From positions 5,611 to 69,610 of the forward strand of contig CAMNCW010000026.1 in NCBI GenBank assembly GCA_946534715.1: a stretch of DNA of 64,000 nucleotides, given 5' to 3'. Below the pieces are notes generated by a model, which saw only the letters and a program-made list of their open reading frames with translations, was not told the origin of the DNA and did no database searches. The translations under genes and the position numbers were made by a program. Each line of letters begins with the position of its first letter. The first letter of the stretch is position 1. The DNA comes from an uncultured Bacteroidales bacterium (lineage in GTDB: Bacteria > Bacteroidota > Bacteroidia > Bacteroidales > Paludibacteraceae). Positions 17,511-25,965 of the stretch are shown here, piece after piece.

Positions 17511-19661
17511 TTTGAGCCATCTGTCAAGCCATCCTCTGAACTCGCGTTGCCAAAGAATGCCGTTTTGTGGTTTGAGCACCCAGTGGTTCTCGTCGGGGAA
17601 GATGAGCAGTTCAGCCGGTACGCCGCGCATCTTGGCGGCATCGAAGGCTGCCATGGCTTGGTTAGCAAGGATGCGGTAGTCTTTCTCTCCGTGGATGCAG
17701 AGAATAGGGGTGTCCCATTTGTCCACGAACCGATGCGGACTGTTGGCAAAGGTACGCTGTGCGATCTTGTTATCTTTCTCCCAATAAGCACCGCCCATAT
17801 CCCAGTTGGCGAACCATTTCTCCTCGGTTTCGAGGTATTGCATCTCCATGTTGAAGATACCATCGTGTGCGATGAACGCTTTGAAGCGTCCGTCGTGGTG
17901 ACCTGCGATCCAATAGACACTGAAGCCACCAAAAGATGCACCCACACAGCCCAGATGGTCTTTGTCCACATAAGGCTCTTTGCAGAACTCGTCAATAGCC
18001 GTGAAATAATCCTTCATGCACTGACCTCCGTAGTCGCCCGAGATTTCTTCGTTCCATGCCTTGCCGAATCCCGGCAGACCGCGTCTGTTAGGTGCTACGA
18101 TAATATAATCGCCCGCGGACATCATCATGAAGTTCCACCGGAACGACCAGAACTGGCTGACAGGAGATTGCGGACCGCCTTCACAATAAAGGATTGTCGG
18201 GTATTTCTTAGTCGGGTCAAAATGCGGCGGATAGATGATCCATGTCAGCATCTGCTGGCCGTCTGTTGTTTTCTGCCAGCGCGGTACTACGGTCGAACGC
18301 TCGATCTGCGAGTAAATATTGTCGTTCTCGCTCGTCAACTTATCCAACAACTGATTATAGGTGTCAAACGGTTGGTCGTACCATACCTCCGTGTGAGCCA
18401 TTTTCTCGCTATCCTTGTGCAACCATTCCGCTACATCAAGACGGTAAATCTCGTTCGCCTGACGCATGGAGTGACCCAAGACAAAAGCATAATGGTCGCT
18501 CACATCGCCTAAACCAAGGTCAAATTGACCGTCCGTCAGTTTGTTGACCTGTCCGTCTAAAGTCACACGGTAGAGTTGCACGGTGGCATGCCAACAGGCG
18601 GTGAAGAGGATGGAGGAGTCGTTGTACCACGCGTATTCATCTACGTTGGTGTCCATCGTGCGGCTGAGGAAGCGTTTCTCGCCGGTCGTCAGGTTCATCA
18701 CCATCAACCGATTTTCGTCGCTCTCATACCCGTCTCGTTCCATCGACTGCCATGCGATCCACTTGCCGTCCGGTGAATACGACGGATTGGTGTCATAACC
18801 GCCGTTGGGAGCGGTAATGTTGCGTTCCTCGCGCGTACGCGTATTAAAGAGGTATATGTCACTATTGGTGGAGACGGCATAATCCAGACCGGTTTTCTTG
18901 CGGCATGTGTAAGCTATCTCCTCGTTGTTGGGATTCCACGCCAACTGCTCCACGCCGCCAAATGGCTTCATCGGGCACTCATAAACGGTGCCTTCGAGGA
19001 TGTTTACTCCTTCGCCGATCTTGGCGGAACGGATGCGTTCACCCTCGCCGTAATACGATATTTCCAACGGACATACGAAAGGTTGCGGAGCCGTCTCGGT
19101 CCATTCGTCCCAATGTTTGTACATCAGATCCTCATGCATATGACCGGTGGCTAACGGCAGGTCGGGATATTTGTCCGCGGTCGTCGGAACGGTCTTGACT
19201 TGTTTGATAAGGATGATTCGGTCGCGCATCGGGGAGAGTAGGAAACCTTCTACATCTTCGGTTCCTTCTACATACACTTCCTCTTTGTCGCGACGAAGAT
19301 AGAGTTTGCCGTCTTTGAGGTAAGCCAGACAGCCGCTGTTTCCGAACCATGCCGGCTCATAACCCACAAACTCATCCACTACAGGCATTCCTTCCCCAAA
19401 CGGATTGCATACCCGGATCCATGAGGTAGAGCGGTTTTCCTCTACCGAATAGTAACTGACGGTATAAGCTATCAGTCCGGTCTCGATGTCGCTCTTGACC
19501 GAACCGATGCGTCCCATTGCCCACAGGCCTTCCGGCGTCAAACGACCGCCTTCAATCGTGATTTGAGGCTTACTAATCGGAGCCTTGCCTGCTGTCTCTT
19601 TTTGGCAACTTGCGCCAACTAACGCCATGCATGCCATGATAATTAATGTGTATTTCTTCAT
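17508..19661 (-). CDS. S9-family serine peptidase (beta-propeller plus alpha/beta hydrolase)
   Basis: 717 aa. Signal/lipoprotein N-terminus, nucleophile motif GASFGGFS, and the downstream D and H of the triad (GEKDYRI, ENHW). Confidence 0.85.
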   Translation of the reverse strand: MKKYTLIIMACMALVGASCQKETAGKAPISKPQITIEGGRLTPEGLWAMGRIGSVKSDIETGLIAYTVSYYSVEENRSTSWIRVCNPFGEGMPVVDEFVGYEPAWFGNSGCLAYLKDGKLYLRRDKEEVYVEGTEDVEGFLLSPMRDRIILIKQVKTVPTTADKYPDLPLATGHMHEDLMYKHWDEWTETAPQPFVCPLEISYYGEGERIRSAKIGEGVNILEGTVYECPMKPFGGVEQLAWNPNNEEIAYTCRKKTGLDYAVSTNSDIYLFNTRTREERNITAPNGGYDTNPSYSPDGKWIAWQSMERDGYESDENRLMVMNLTTGEKRFLSRTMDTNVDEYAWYNDSSILFTACWHATVQLYRVTLDGQVNKLTDGQFDLGLGDVSDHYAFVLGHSMRQANEIYRLDVAEWLHKDSEKMAHTEVWYDQPFDTYNQLLDKLTSENDNIYSQIERSTVVPRWQKTTDGQQMLTWIIYPPHFDPTKKYPTILYCEGGPQSPVSQFWSFRWNFMMMSAGDYIIVAPNRRGLPGFGKAWNEEISGDYGGQCMKDYFTAIDEFCKEPYVDKDHLGCVGASFGGFSVYWIAGHHDGRFKAFIAHDGIFNMEMQYLETEEKWFANWDMGGAYWEKDNKIAQRTFANSPHRFVDKWDTPILCIHGEKDYRILANQAMAAFDAAKMRGVPAELLIFPDENHWVLKPQNGILWQREFRGWLDRWLK

Positions 19662-19680
19662 TGTTCCTAAAAAAATCGTG

Positions 19681-19728
19681 CAAAGTTACAAAAAAATTTG
19701 CATATATGCAAAAAAAGTAGTAATTTTG
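19681..19728. promoter_or_regulatory. 48-bp divergent promoter cassette (second copy)
   Basis: caaagtta (reverse complement TAacTTTG), palindrome TTTGCATATATGCAAA at 19697-19712, TAatTTTG at 19721-19728. 42/48 identical to 6258-6305. Confidence 0.7.
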
Positions 19729-19749
19729 TGCCATAAAATCGTTTAAACC

Positions 19750-21213
19750 ATGAAAATTCAGTTTCTCGGAGCTACCGGTGAAGTGACGGGTAGCAAACAT
19801 CTTATCACTACCGATTCGGGGCACACTATTTTGTTGGACTGTGGCATGTACCAGGGTAAAGGCATGGAAACCGATGCTGCGAACAGGGATTTGGGCTTTG
19901 ATCCGAAGACCTTGGACTGTGTGGTGCTTTCGCACGCGCACATTGATCATTCCGGGCTGATTCCTTATATTGTCAAGTTGGGTTTCAAGGGTGATATCTA
20001 TTGTACGCCGGCTACGAGGGATCTTTGCTCGCTCATGTTGACCGACACGGCTTTTATTCAGGAGCAGGATGTCAGAACCTACAACAAGAAGATCGACCGC
20101 CAGCATCCGCATAAGGAGAAAGGCAGGAAATACAAGGTCGAACCGCTCTATGACCAGAAGGATGTGCAAAAGGCGATGAAGCATTTTGTAACCTATAGTT
20201 ACGACCGTCGCTTCCGGCTTTTTGATGATGTGTTGCTGACTTTCACCAACTCCGGTCACATGCTCGGCGGTGCAATCTGCTCGCTGGAAGTGTATGAAAA
20301 ATCTACTCCCTCCCTTGTGGGGAGGGCTGGGGAGGGGTTCCGCTGGAAGCGCCTCACTTACACCGGCGATGTCGGACGTTTGCATTGCCATATCCTGCCT
20401 CCGCCCCAACTCTTCCCGCAATGCGATTATCTGATCTGCGAATCGACCTATGGCGATAAACTGCACGAAGAGCAGTTAGTGACCGAAGAGCAGCTCCTCG
20501 GCGTGGTGGAAGATACATGCGTCTATCGAAAAGGCCAGTTGCTCATTCCTTCTTTCTCCGTCGGCAGAACCCAGGAAATCGTTTATGTCCTCAACCAACT
20601 CTATAATGACGGACGGCTCCCGCATATTCCGGTCTATGTCGATTCGCCGATGAGTACCAACGCAACACAGATCTTCAGAATGTACCCGGAAGAGTTGTCA
20701 GACGAAGTGAGAGACACCATGCAGTTTGACCCCGATCCCTTTGGATTTAACACGCTGCGTTACATCACAGACATAAACGAATCGAAGATGCTGAACCATA
20801 AAGACGAACCCTGTATCATCATTTCCGCGAGCGGCATGTTGGAGGCGGGGAGAATAAAACACCATGTGGCGAACCATATTTCCGACCCGAGGTGTACGAT
20901 TTTGATTGTCGGTTACTGCGAACCTTCCACACTCGGCGCACGGATTCAGCAACCGGGATTGCAATGGATCTCTATTTTCGGACTTGACAGACGTATCAAA
21001 GCGCAGATCACCAAGATCGAAGGTTTCTCGGGGCATGGTGATTATAAAGAGATGATTGATTATTTCACTCGCTCTTTAGATGTATCACAAGTGCAGCGCA
21101 CGTTTGTGGTGCATGGAGAGCCGCAAGCGGCAGAGGCGTATAAGGGACATTTGACCGACGCGGGCTTCAAAAATATATGCATTCCCGCCAAAGGAGAGCT
21201 CGTAGAACTATAA
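19750..21213 (+). CDS. MBL-fold metallo-hydrolase of the beta-CASP RNA-metabolising type
   Basis: HAHIDHSG motif, beta-CASP and RNA-specificity C-terminal region; 487 aa. Confidence 0.85.
   Translation: MKIQFLGATGEVTGSKHLITTDSGHTILLDCGMYQGKGMETDAANRDLGFDPKTLDCVVLSHAHIDHSGLIPYIVKLGFKGDIYCTPATRDLCSLMLTDTAFIQEQDVRTYNKKIDRQHPHKEKGRKYKVEPLYDQKDVQKAMKHFVTYSYDRRFRLFDDVLLTFTNSGHMLGGAICSLEVYEKSTPSLVGRAGEGFRWKRLTYTGDVGRLHCHILPPPQLFPQCDYLICESTYGDKLHEEQLVTEEQLLGVVEDTCVYRKGQLLIPSFSVGRTQEIVYVLNQLYNDGRLPHIPVYVDSPMSTNATQIFRMYPEELSDEVRDTMQFDPDPFGFNTLRYITDINESKMLNHKDEPCIIISASGMLEAGRIKHHVANHISDPRCTILIVGYCEPSTLGARIQQPGLQWISIFGLDRRIKAQITKIEGFSGHGDYKEMIDYFTRSLDVSQVQRTFVVHGEPQAAEAYKGHLTDAGFKNICIPAKGELVEL
20306..20339 (+). 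repeat. G/C-rich hairpin mini-element, in frame (translated PSLVGRAGEGF)
   Basis: ctccctccc-ttgt-ggggaggg ctggggaggggtt within the MBL CDS. Confidence 0.85.
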
Positions 21214-21271
21214 AAATGCACTAAAATGCAAAAAAACTGCAAAATTATTTGCGTATGTCAAAAAAAAGCAG

Positions 21272-21279
21272 TACCTTTG
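21272..21279 (+). promoter_or_regulatory. -7 box TAccTTTG upstream of tRNA-Pro
   Basis: aaaaaaaagcagTAccTTTGcaccc, about 74 nt upstream of the mature tRNA 5' end. Confidence 0.6.
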
Positions 21280-21352
21280 CACCCGATTTTGTCGCGTAGT
21301 AGTTCTTATCTCGTTTCGCTCGAACGATTTACTACCCGCGGCAAAAATGTCG

Positions 21353-21427
21353 CGGGTAGTAGTTCAGCCCGGTTAGAATGCCTGCTTTGGGAGCAGGAGG
21401 TCGTGAGTTCGAATCTCGCCTACCCGA
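21353..21427 (+). tRNA. tRNA-Pro (anticodon TGG)
   Basis: Manual cloverleaf: acceptor CGGGTAG/CTACCCG, D stem GTTC/GAAT, anticodon stem CCTGC/GCAGG with loop TTTGGGA, T arm GTGAG-TTCGAAT-CTCGC, discriminator A. No encoded CCA. Confidence 0.9.
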
Positions 21428-21439
21428 CAGAAAATAAAT

Positions 21440-21465
21440 AAGGAGCCTGCAAGGCTTCTTATTTT
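21440..21465 (+). terminator. Hairpin terminator after tRNA-Pro
   Basis: aaggagcc-tgcaa-ggcttctt followed by attttg. Confidence 0.55.
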
Positions 21466-21473
21466 GTAAACTA

Positions 21474-21511
21474 TCAAACAACGTCAAACAACGTCAAACA
21501 ACGTCAAACAA
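21474..21511 (+). repeat. Perfect decamer array TCAAACAACG x3.8
   Basis: Exact copies, 12 nt upstream of the HAD hydrolase ATG. Confidence 0.95.
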
Positions 21512-21523
21512 TTCCACCTAACC

Positions 21524-22234
21524 ATGCTCTGTAAAGCTGTTTTCATAGATATTGACGATACGCTCCTTGACTACATTCCTTGTTGTCGGGAAGCCTTTGA
21601 TGCGGCTATGCAGGAGATACGAGCCATGCACCATACTGACCTTACCGAAGACGAGCTGTTTGCTATTTTCTTCTCGATTAGCGGAAGGCTCTTTTCGGAG
21701 GCGAAACACGGACTGCACACGGTGGCGGAAGTGATGGAACTTTATCCGCAGGAGTTTGTCGATACTATTGGCTATCCGGATACGTCGGTGGAGCCTTTCA
21801 AACAGGCGTTTCGTGCCAATTGGGGCAAAACGCACACTTTGGTTCCCGGAGCAAAAGAGACACTACAGGCTTTGAAACAAAAAGGTTACCGGCTCTTTGC
21901 TGCCAGCAATAGTTTCGGACATTTACAGCGCTCGCGTTTGCAATATGCCGGTTTGTTGCCCTATTTTGAAGACACTTATATCTCTATGGATATTGGTTAT
22001 GACAAACCCGATATCCGTTTCTACCAAGAGGCGCTTCGGCGCTGTCAATTATCGCCGGATGAGGTGGTTATGGTCGGAGACTCTATGACTACGGACATCT
22101 TAGGCGCAATCAATGCAGGATTGAAAGCCATTTATTTCAATCGCCGTCCCCAGGACACACCTTCCACCGCTGACTCCAACACCACGGAATACCAAGAGAT
22201 ACAATCTTTGGATCTTTTAGTAAAAATACTTTAG
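21524..22234 (+). CDS. HAD-superfamily hydrolase (YjjG-like nucleotidase/phosphatase)
   Basis: VFIDIDDTLLDY (motif I DxDxT), ..AASNS.. (motif II) and VGDSMTTDI (motif IV). Confidence 0.8.
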   Translation: MLCKAVFIDIDDTLLDYIPCCREAFDAAMQEIRAMHHTDLTEDELFAIFFSISGRLFSEAKHGLHTVAEVMELYPQEFVDTIGYPDTSVEPFKQAFRANWGKTHTLVPGAKETLQALKQKGYRLFAASNSFGHLQRSRLQYAGLLPYFEDTYISMDIGYDKPDIRFYQEALRRCQLSPDEVVMVGDSMTTDILGAINAGLKAIYFNRRPQDTPSTADSNTTEYQEIQSLDLLVKIL

Positions 22235-22297
22235 TTTCCCAATTGTTGATTTTAGTAAATCGAAAATGCGGCGGTTGGGGTGACAGGGTGACAGGGC

Positions 22298-22361
22298 GGA
22301 CACCCTTTTCGTAAAATACATACACCCACACGCGTGTGTGAGTTTATAAAAAAGGGTGTCC
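22298..22361. repeat. 64-nt nested palindrome
   Basis: Outer stem GGACACCCTTTT/AAAAGGGTGTCC (12 bp), inner palindrome CACACGCGTGTG. Alternative outer pairing GGCGGAC (22296) with GTCCGCC (22373). Confidence 0.8.
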
Positions 22362-22399
22362 ACCTGTCTGCCGTCCGCCTGAATGACTTTTTCCATTGC

Positions 22400-22458
22400 G
22401 TCCGGATTGTATCCGGACATCCCAAAAGCGTCGTCCATTAGGTCGGATGCCATCCGAC
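22400..22458. repeat. Two related short palindromes (GTCCGGAT-tgt-ATCCGGAC and GTCGGATG-c-CATCCGAC)
   Basis: At 22400-22418 and 22442-22458. Each is followed by ATCC..., giving a ~40-nt direct repeat of ATCCG(G)ACATCC. Confidence 0.7.
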
Positions 22459-22490
22459 ATCCATCCCGACAGCCTCTCTTTACCTGTTGA

Positions 22491-22530
22491 ACCCGCGATA
22501 TCCCCGCGACCTCACCGCGACCTCACTGTA
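22491..22530. repeat. Short-period (9-11 nt) array CCCGCGA-type
   Basis: acccgcgat atccccgcg acctcaccgcg acctcactgta. Compositionally related to the 11-nt array at 11268. Confidence 0.5.
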
Positions 22531-22632
22531 GGGTCTTTGTCCAGTTCATCTCGCCGTCCTGATAAAACGCGATAAATCGCTTTTTTTTTCAAAAAAAATG
22601 CCCGAACGCTTGCATATGTGCAAAATTTGTCG

Positions 22633-22640
22633 TATCTTTG
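22633..22640 (+). promoter_or_regulatory. -7 box TAtcTTTG for the AraC regulator
   Basis: Preceded by cTTGCATATGTGCAAA (-33 palindrome). ATG at 22676. Confidence 0.6.
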
Positions 22641-22675
22641 CAGCCGATATAGAAAATGAATGACACTTTTTTGAC

Positions 22676-23566
22676 ATGAAAAAGCAGGAAGAAAACAGTA
22701 TTTTACAGGAAATCACTCCGTTGGAAGAGCATGATTTCATGTACGTGGCAGACCGACACAAGGCGGGGTATGATTATCCTTTGCACCGGCATGAGTTGTT
22801 CGAACTCAATTTTGTGGAGCATGGCGCCGGCTGTGAACGGATAGTGGGGGATAACATAGAGACCTTGGGCGAGTACGACTTGGTGCTGATCACCTCGCCG
22901 AACCTCGAACATATGTGGGGGCAGGGTACTTGCACCAACACTGATATCCATGAGATCACCATTCAGTTCCAATGTGATTATCAGCAGGACATTTTTCTGA
23001 CCAATCCATTCCGCTCGATGCAGCAGATGATGATCCGTGCGCAGCGGGGATTAGCTTTTCCTCTGCCGGCGATCATGGCGGTATATGAGCGGTTAAGACA
23101 TTTATCGGAGATCAAAGAGGGCTTCTATGCCGTAGCCGAACTATTCCGTATCTTATATGAATTATCGAAGTTCCCCGATGCGCGCGAGCTGTCGAGTTCG
23201 TCCTTTGCCAAAGCGCAGGGCGAGACGGAAAGCAAGCGCGTGAAGGCGGTGAAGGAGTATATCGTTTCCCATTATGAGGAGGAGATCCGTTTGGAGCAGA
23301 TGAGCCGTTTGGCGAATATGTCTCCGACCGCTTTTTCCCGTTTCTTCAAGTTACGTACCGGCAAGACTTTAGCAGAATATATCGTGGATATCCGTTTAGG
23401 ACACGCCACACGCAAATTGGTCGATACGAACGAACCCGTTTCGCAGATCTGCTACACCTGCGGATTTAACACTCTGACCAATTTTAACCGTCTTTTCCGC
23501 AAGCGCAAGGGGTGTTCGCCTACTGAATTTCGCGAAAAATATGCCAAGACGCGCGTAATAGTGTAG
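22676..23566 (+). CDS. AraC-family transcriptional regulator (cupin sensor plus HTH)
   Basis: N-terminal cupin (HRHELFELNFVEHG) and C-terminal AraC double HTH (..ICYTCGFNTLTNFNRLFRKRKGCSPTEFR). Confidence 0.9.
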   Translation: MKKQEENSILQEITPLEEHDFMYVADRHKAGYDYPLHRHELFELNFVEHGAGCERIVGDNIETLGEYDLVLITSPNLEHMWGQGTCTNTDIHEITIQFQCDYQQDIFLTNPFRSMQQMMIRAQRGLAFPLPAIMAVYERLRHLSEIKEGFYAVAELFRILYELSKFPDARELSSSSFAKAQGETESKRVKAVKEYIVSHYEEEIRLEQMSRLANMSPTAFSRFFKLRTGKTLAEYIVDIRLGHATRKLVDTNEPVSQICYTCGFNTLTNFNRLFRKRKGCSPTEFREKYAKTRVIV

Positions 23567-23607
23567 TATCTGCTAAAAAAGTGCCATTGAATATCAGAAA
23601 ATAGCAG

Positions 23608-23615
23608 TAATTTTG
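23608..23615 (+). promoter_or_regulatory. -7 box TAatTTTG for the first GH26 gene
   Basis: 25 nt upstream of ATG 23640. The track ORF start at 23613 (TTG) lies inside the promoter. Confidence 0.55.
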
Positions 23616-23639
23616 CAGCGTATTTCGCAAAGTACTGCT

Positions 23640-24746
23640 ATGAGACACAAATTTATCATCTTATTTTCATTCTTTTTCTGCGTTGGCTGCGGGGCAACGG
23701 AAGTGCCTGAACCGCAACCCAAACCCGTTGCGTCTTATTCGTTATGCAACGCCAATGCTACTGCCGAAACGCAGCAGTTATGGTCGTTGTTGTGCAGCCA
23801 ATACGGTAAGAACGCCCTTTCCGGCGTGGTGGCTAATATAGATTGGAACGCGCGCGAGGCGGAGAACGTCTATCAATGGACGGGTCATTACCCGGCGATC
23901 AATGTGTTTGACTTTATCAATATCCATGCGTCCAAAGACGTGAATAAAAACGGCTGGCTCGATTACAGCGACATGACGCCGGTGGAGGAATGGCACCAAG
24001 CTGGCGGCATAGTAGGTTGCATGTGGCATTGGCAGGTGAAGGCGAACAACGGGACGAACTATACCTGTTCGCCGGGCGTCGAACCCGGGCAGACGTCTTT
24101 CGATCCCGCAAAGGTCAATGACCCCTCTTCGGCGGAATACAAACAAATGATCCACGATATTGACCAGGTAGCAGGGTATTTGAAGAAAATGCAGAAACGC
24201 GGAATAGCGGTTCTATGGCGTCCGTTGCACGAAGCATCGGGCAATACGTCGGAGTTTGCCGGCGGCGGTGCTTGGTTCTGGTGGGGTGCCAAAGGCGCAG
24301 AAGCATACAAAGCGCTATGGCGGTTCATGTACGACCGAATGGTTAATTATCACAAACTCAACAACCTCATCTGGATATGGAACTCACAGATGAACGACTA
24401 TGATTGGTACCCCGGCGACGACGTAGTGGATATCGTGGGACGCGATAACTACTATGCGCTCCAATACCCCTTGGCGAAAGAGTTCAAAGCCTTACAGGAG
24501 CAGTTCCCCAACAAACTGATCACGCTGGCGGAATGCGGCAACGGCGACGAAGTGGAGATGTCGCTATGGAGCGATATATGGTCGGAAGGCAGCCGCTGGA
24601 GCTGGTTCATGACGTGGTACGATTATAACTACAACGCCGGCACTTCCGACGAACATCAGTTTGCCGGCGAAGCATGGTGGAAAGATGCGTTCAACAGCGG
24701 CGTGGTGCTCGATCGGGATGAGGTGAAAGGACTGATGAGGAGGTGA
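23640..24746 (+). CDS. GH26 endo-beta-1,4-mannanase, lipoprotein
   Basis: Lipobox FFFCVGC. GH26 signature VLWRPLHEASG...GGAWFWWG. Confidence 0.85.
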   Translation: MRHKFIILFSFFFCVGCGATEVPEPQPKPVASYSLCNANATAETQQLWSLLCSQYGKNALSGVVANIDWNAREAENVYQWTGHYPAINVFDFINIHASKDVNKNGWLDYSDMTPVEEWHQAGGIVGCMWHWQVKANNGTNYTCSPGVEPGQTSFDPAKVNDPSSAEYKQMIHDIDQVAGYLKKMQKRGIAVLWRPLHEASGNTSEFAGGGAWFWWGAKGAEAYKALWRFMYDRMVNYHKLNNLIWIWNSQMNDYDWYPGDDVVDIVGRDNYYALQYPLAKEFKALQEQFPNKLITLAECGNGDEVEMSLWSDIWSEGSRWSWFMTWYDYNYNAGTSDEHQFAGEAWWKDAFNSGVVLDRDEVKGLMRR

Positions 24747-24747
24747 T

Positions 24748-24866
24748 AACCCCTCCTGACCTCCCCCACAAGGGGAGGAGAAAGGATAGTCATGAAGAGA
24801 AACAAATATATACTATTTTTACTTGCATTCTTAGCCCTCCCTTGTGGGGAGGGTTGTGGTGGGGTT
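24748..24866. mobile_element. 119-bp inverted-repeat cassette (two G/C hairpin elements in opposite orientation) straddling a start codon
   Basis: Left arm aacccctcctgacctcccccacaaggggaggag (24748-24780), right arm ccctcccttgtggggagggttgtggtggggtt (24835-24866). ATG 24792 lies between them. The right arm is translated as LPCGEGCGGV. Confidence 0.7.
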
Positions 24867-25964
24867 CTTCTCGCCACAGAGCGGACGATCCTGCTCGGTC
24901 CGAAGACGATTGGCAAAGCATGGAAAGATAACATTGTGCTGGAGGCTCGTCATTTCAAGGATGTGCAGCCGGGCGATGTGCTGACGGTGTATAACGACCG
25001 CGCCAAAGGTACGGCGCAAGGGGCTTTTCAGAACCCTCAGACATGGCAAGGCGTAGCCCCCGAATACGGTTATTTCGGTATCAACGGTCCTTTCCGAATG
25101 ACGATGACGGAAGATATATTAAGGATCGCGCGCACGCACGGAATAGCGATCGGCGGACACGACTACCGCATTCTGCGGGTGACTGTTTCCGACAGTGCGG
25201 ACTACCGCGAGACGATCGTATGGAACGGTCCGGCGGTGGTGATGAAAAGCGATTGGAGCGCGAGCGCCGAGATAGAGGGACGCTGTTTCGCGACCTTGCA
25301 GGAGGGCGATGGCCTGCGGTTGCATGTCTCCAAAGTGCAGGAAGGCGCTGCTGCCAAACTGATGGACTTCACATGGAATGCCTTGGATCCCTCGGTCGAT
25401 GGCATGCCGGTGGGGGAGAATGGTATCACATGGTATATCCATGACCGTGCACCGCTACTGAAACTACAATTGGCAGGCACAGGTTCGAACACTGCCATGC
25501 GGGTAGGAGGCAAAGGCTATCGGTTAGATCAGATCGGCATCGTGCAGTTTGTAGGCGAAGTGAGCGAAGACCTCTCCTCCGCGCAGCGGGCACCGAAGGA
25601 ATATACCTTGCAGCCTGGAGAACTCTTTCATGGCGAGAAATATTTCCCTGCCGATTGGAGCGGAAACCTAACCATCAATGCCGCGCCTTTCCAGAAATGT
25701 ACAGAGAATGATGTGCTGCTGATTTCTTATCGCTTGGATCCTGCTGCCAAAGCTGCCGGCGTGACACCGCAACTGTCGCTCCGCAACACCCGCACGTGGG
25801 GAGAACTGACCGGCGCTGCAGAGCCTGTTTGGTATCCTTTGGACGGCAATGACGTGGTCTATCTGTTTGATGCGGTCGCCTTGGATGCGGTCAAAACGCG
25901 CGGGTTCATCCTCACCGGAGTAGGATTTACGCTCACTAAAATAGAACTAATATCTGCACAATAA
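24792..25964 (+). CDS. Hypothetical secreted or lipoprotein with three ~110-130-aa modules (putative glycan-binding)
   Basis: Each module ends in a G.GY.L..I..V-like strand (GGHDYRILRVTV, GGKGYRLDQIGIV, TGVGFTLTKIELI), as in the modules of ORFs 31019 and 36582. Confidence 0.6.
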   Translation: MKRNKYILFLLAFLALPCGEGCGGVLLATERTILLGPKTIGKAWKDNIVLEARHFKDVQPGDVLTVYNDRAKGTAQGAFQNPQTWQGVAPEYGYFGINGPFRMTMTEDILRIARTHGIAIGGHDYRILRVTVSDSADYRETIVWNGPAVVMKSDWSASAEIEGRCFATLQEGDGLRLHVSKVQEGAAAKLMDFTWNALDPSVDGMPVGENGITWYIHDRAPLLKLQLAGTGSNTAMRVGGKGYRLDQIGIVQFVGEVSEDLSSAQRAPKEYTLQPGELFHGEKYFPADWSGNLTINAAPFQKCTENDVLLISYRLDPAAKAAGVTPQLSLRNTRTWGELTGAAEPVWYPLDGNDVVYLFDAVALDAVKTRGFILTGVGFTLTKIELISAQ

Positions 25965-25965
25965 T

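Noticed and set aside
17477-17995. N-terminal 173 codons of the 418-aa track ORF 16739..17995
   Set aside because: This part overlaps the 3' end of the S9 peptidase in another frame. Thioesterase homology starts at MKYNYLF (17476), right after the heptamer spacer.
17496-18512. 338-aa plus-strand ORF antisense to the S9 peptidase
   Set aside because: It overlaps a well-supported peptidase gene and has no recognisable domains.
20282-20349. 9-bp direct repeat CGCTGGAAG flanking the hairpin element in the MBL gene as a target-site duplication
   Set aside because: The two copies are 59 nt apart, which is not a multiple of 3. The first copy is 16 nt away from the element boundary. It is more likely coincidental, and no comparable flanking repeat is seen at other copies.
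22217-22453. 78-aa minus-strand ORF in the HAD-AraC intergenic region
   Set aside because: It is made up of palindromes and short repeats, overlaps the HAD stop, and has no motif or promoter. It is treated as non-coding.
23567-23603. Direct repeats TATCTGCTAAAA / TATCAGAAAATA upstream of GH26 as AraC operator half-sites
   Set aside because: There are only two weakly similar A/T-rich half-sites at 25-nt spacing. This is not distinguishable from background without comparative or binding data.
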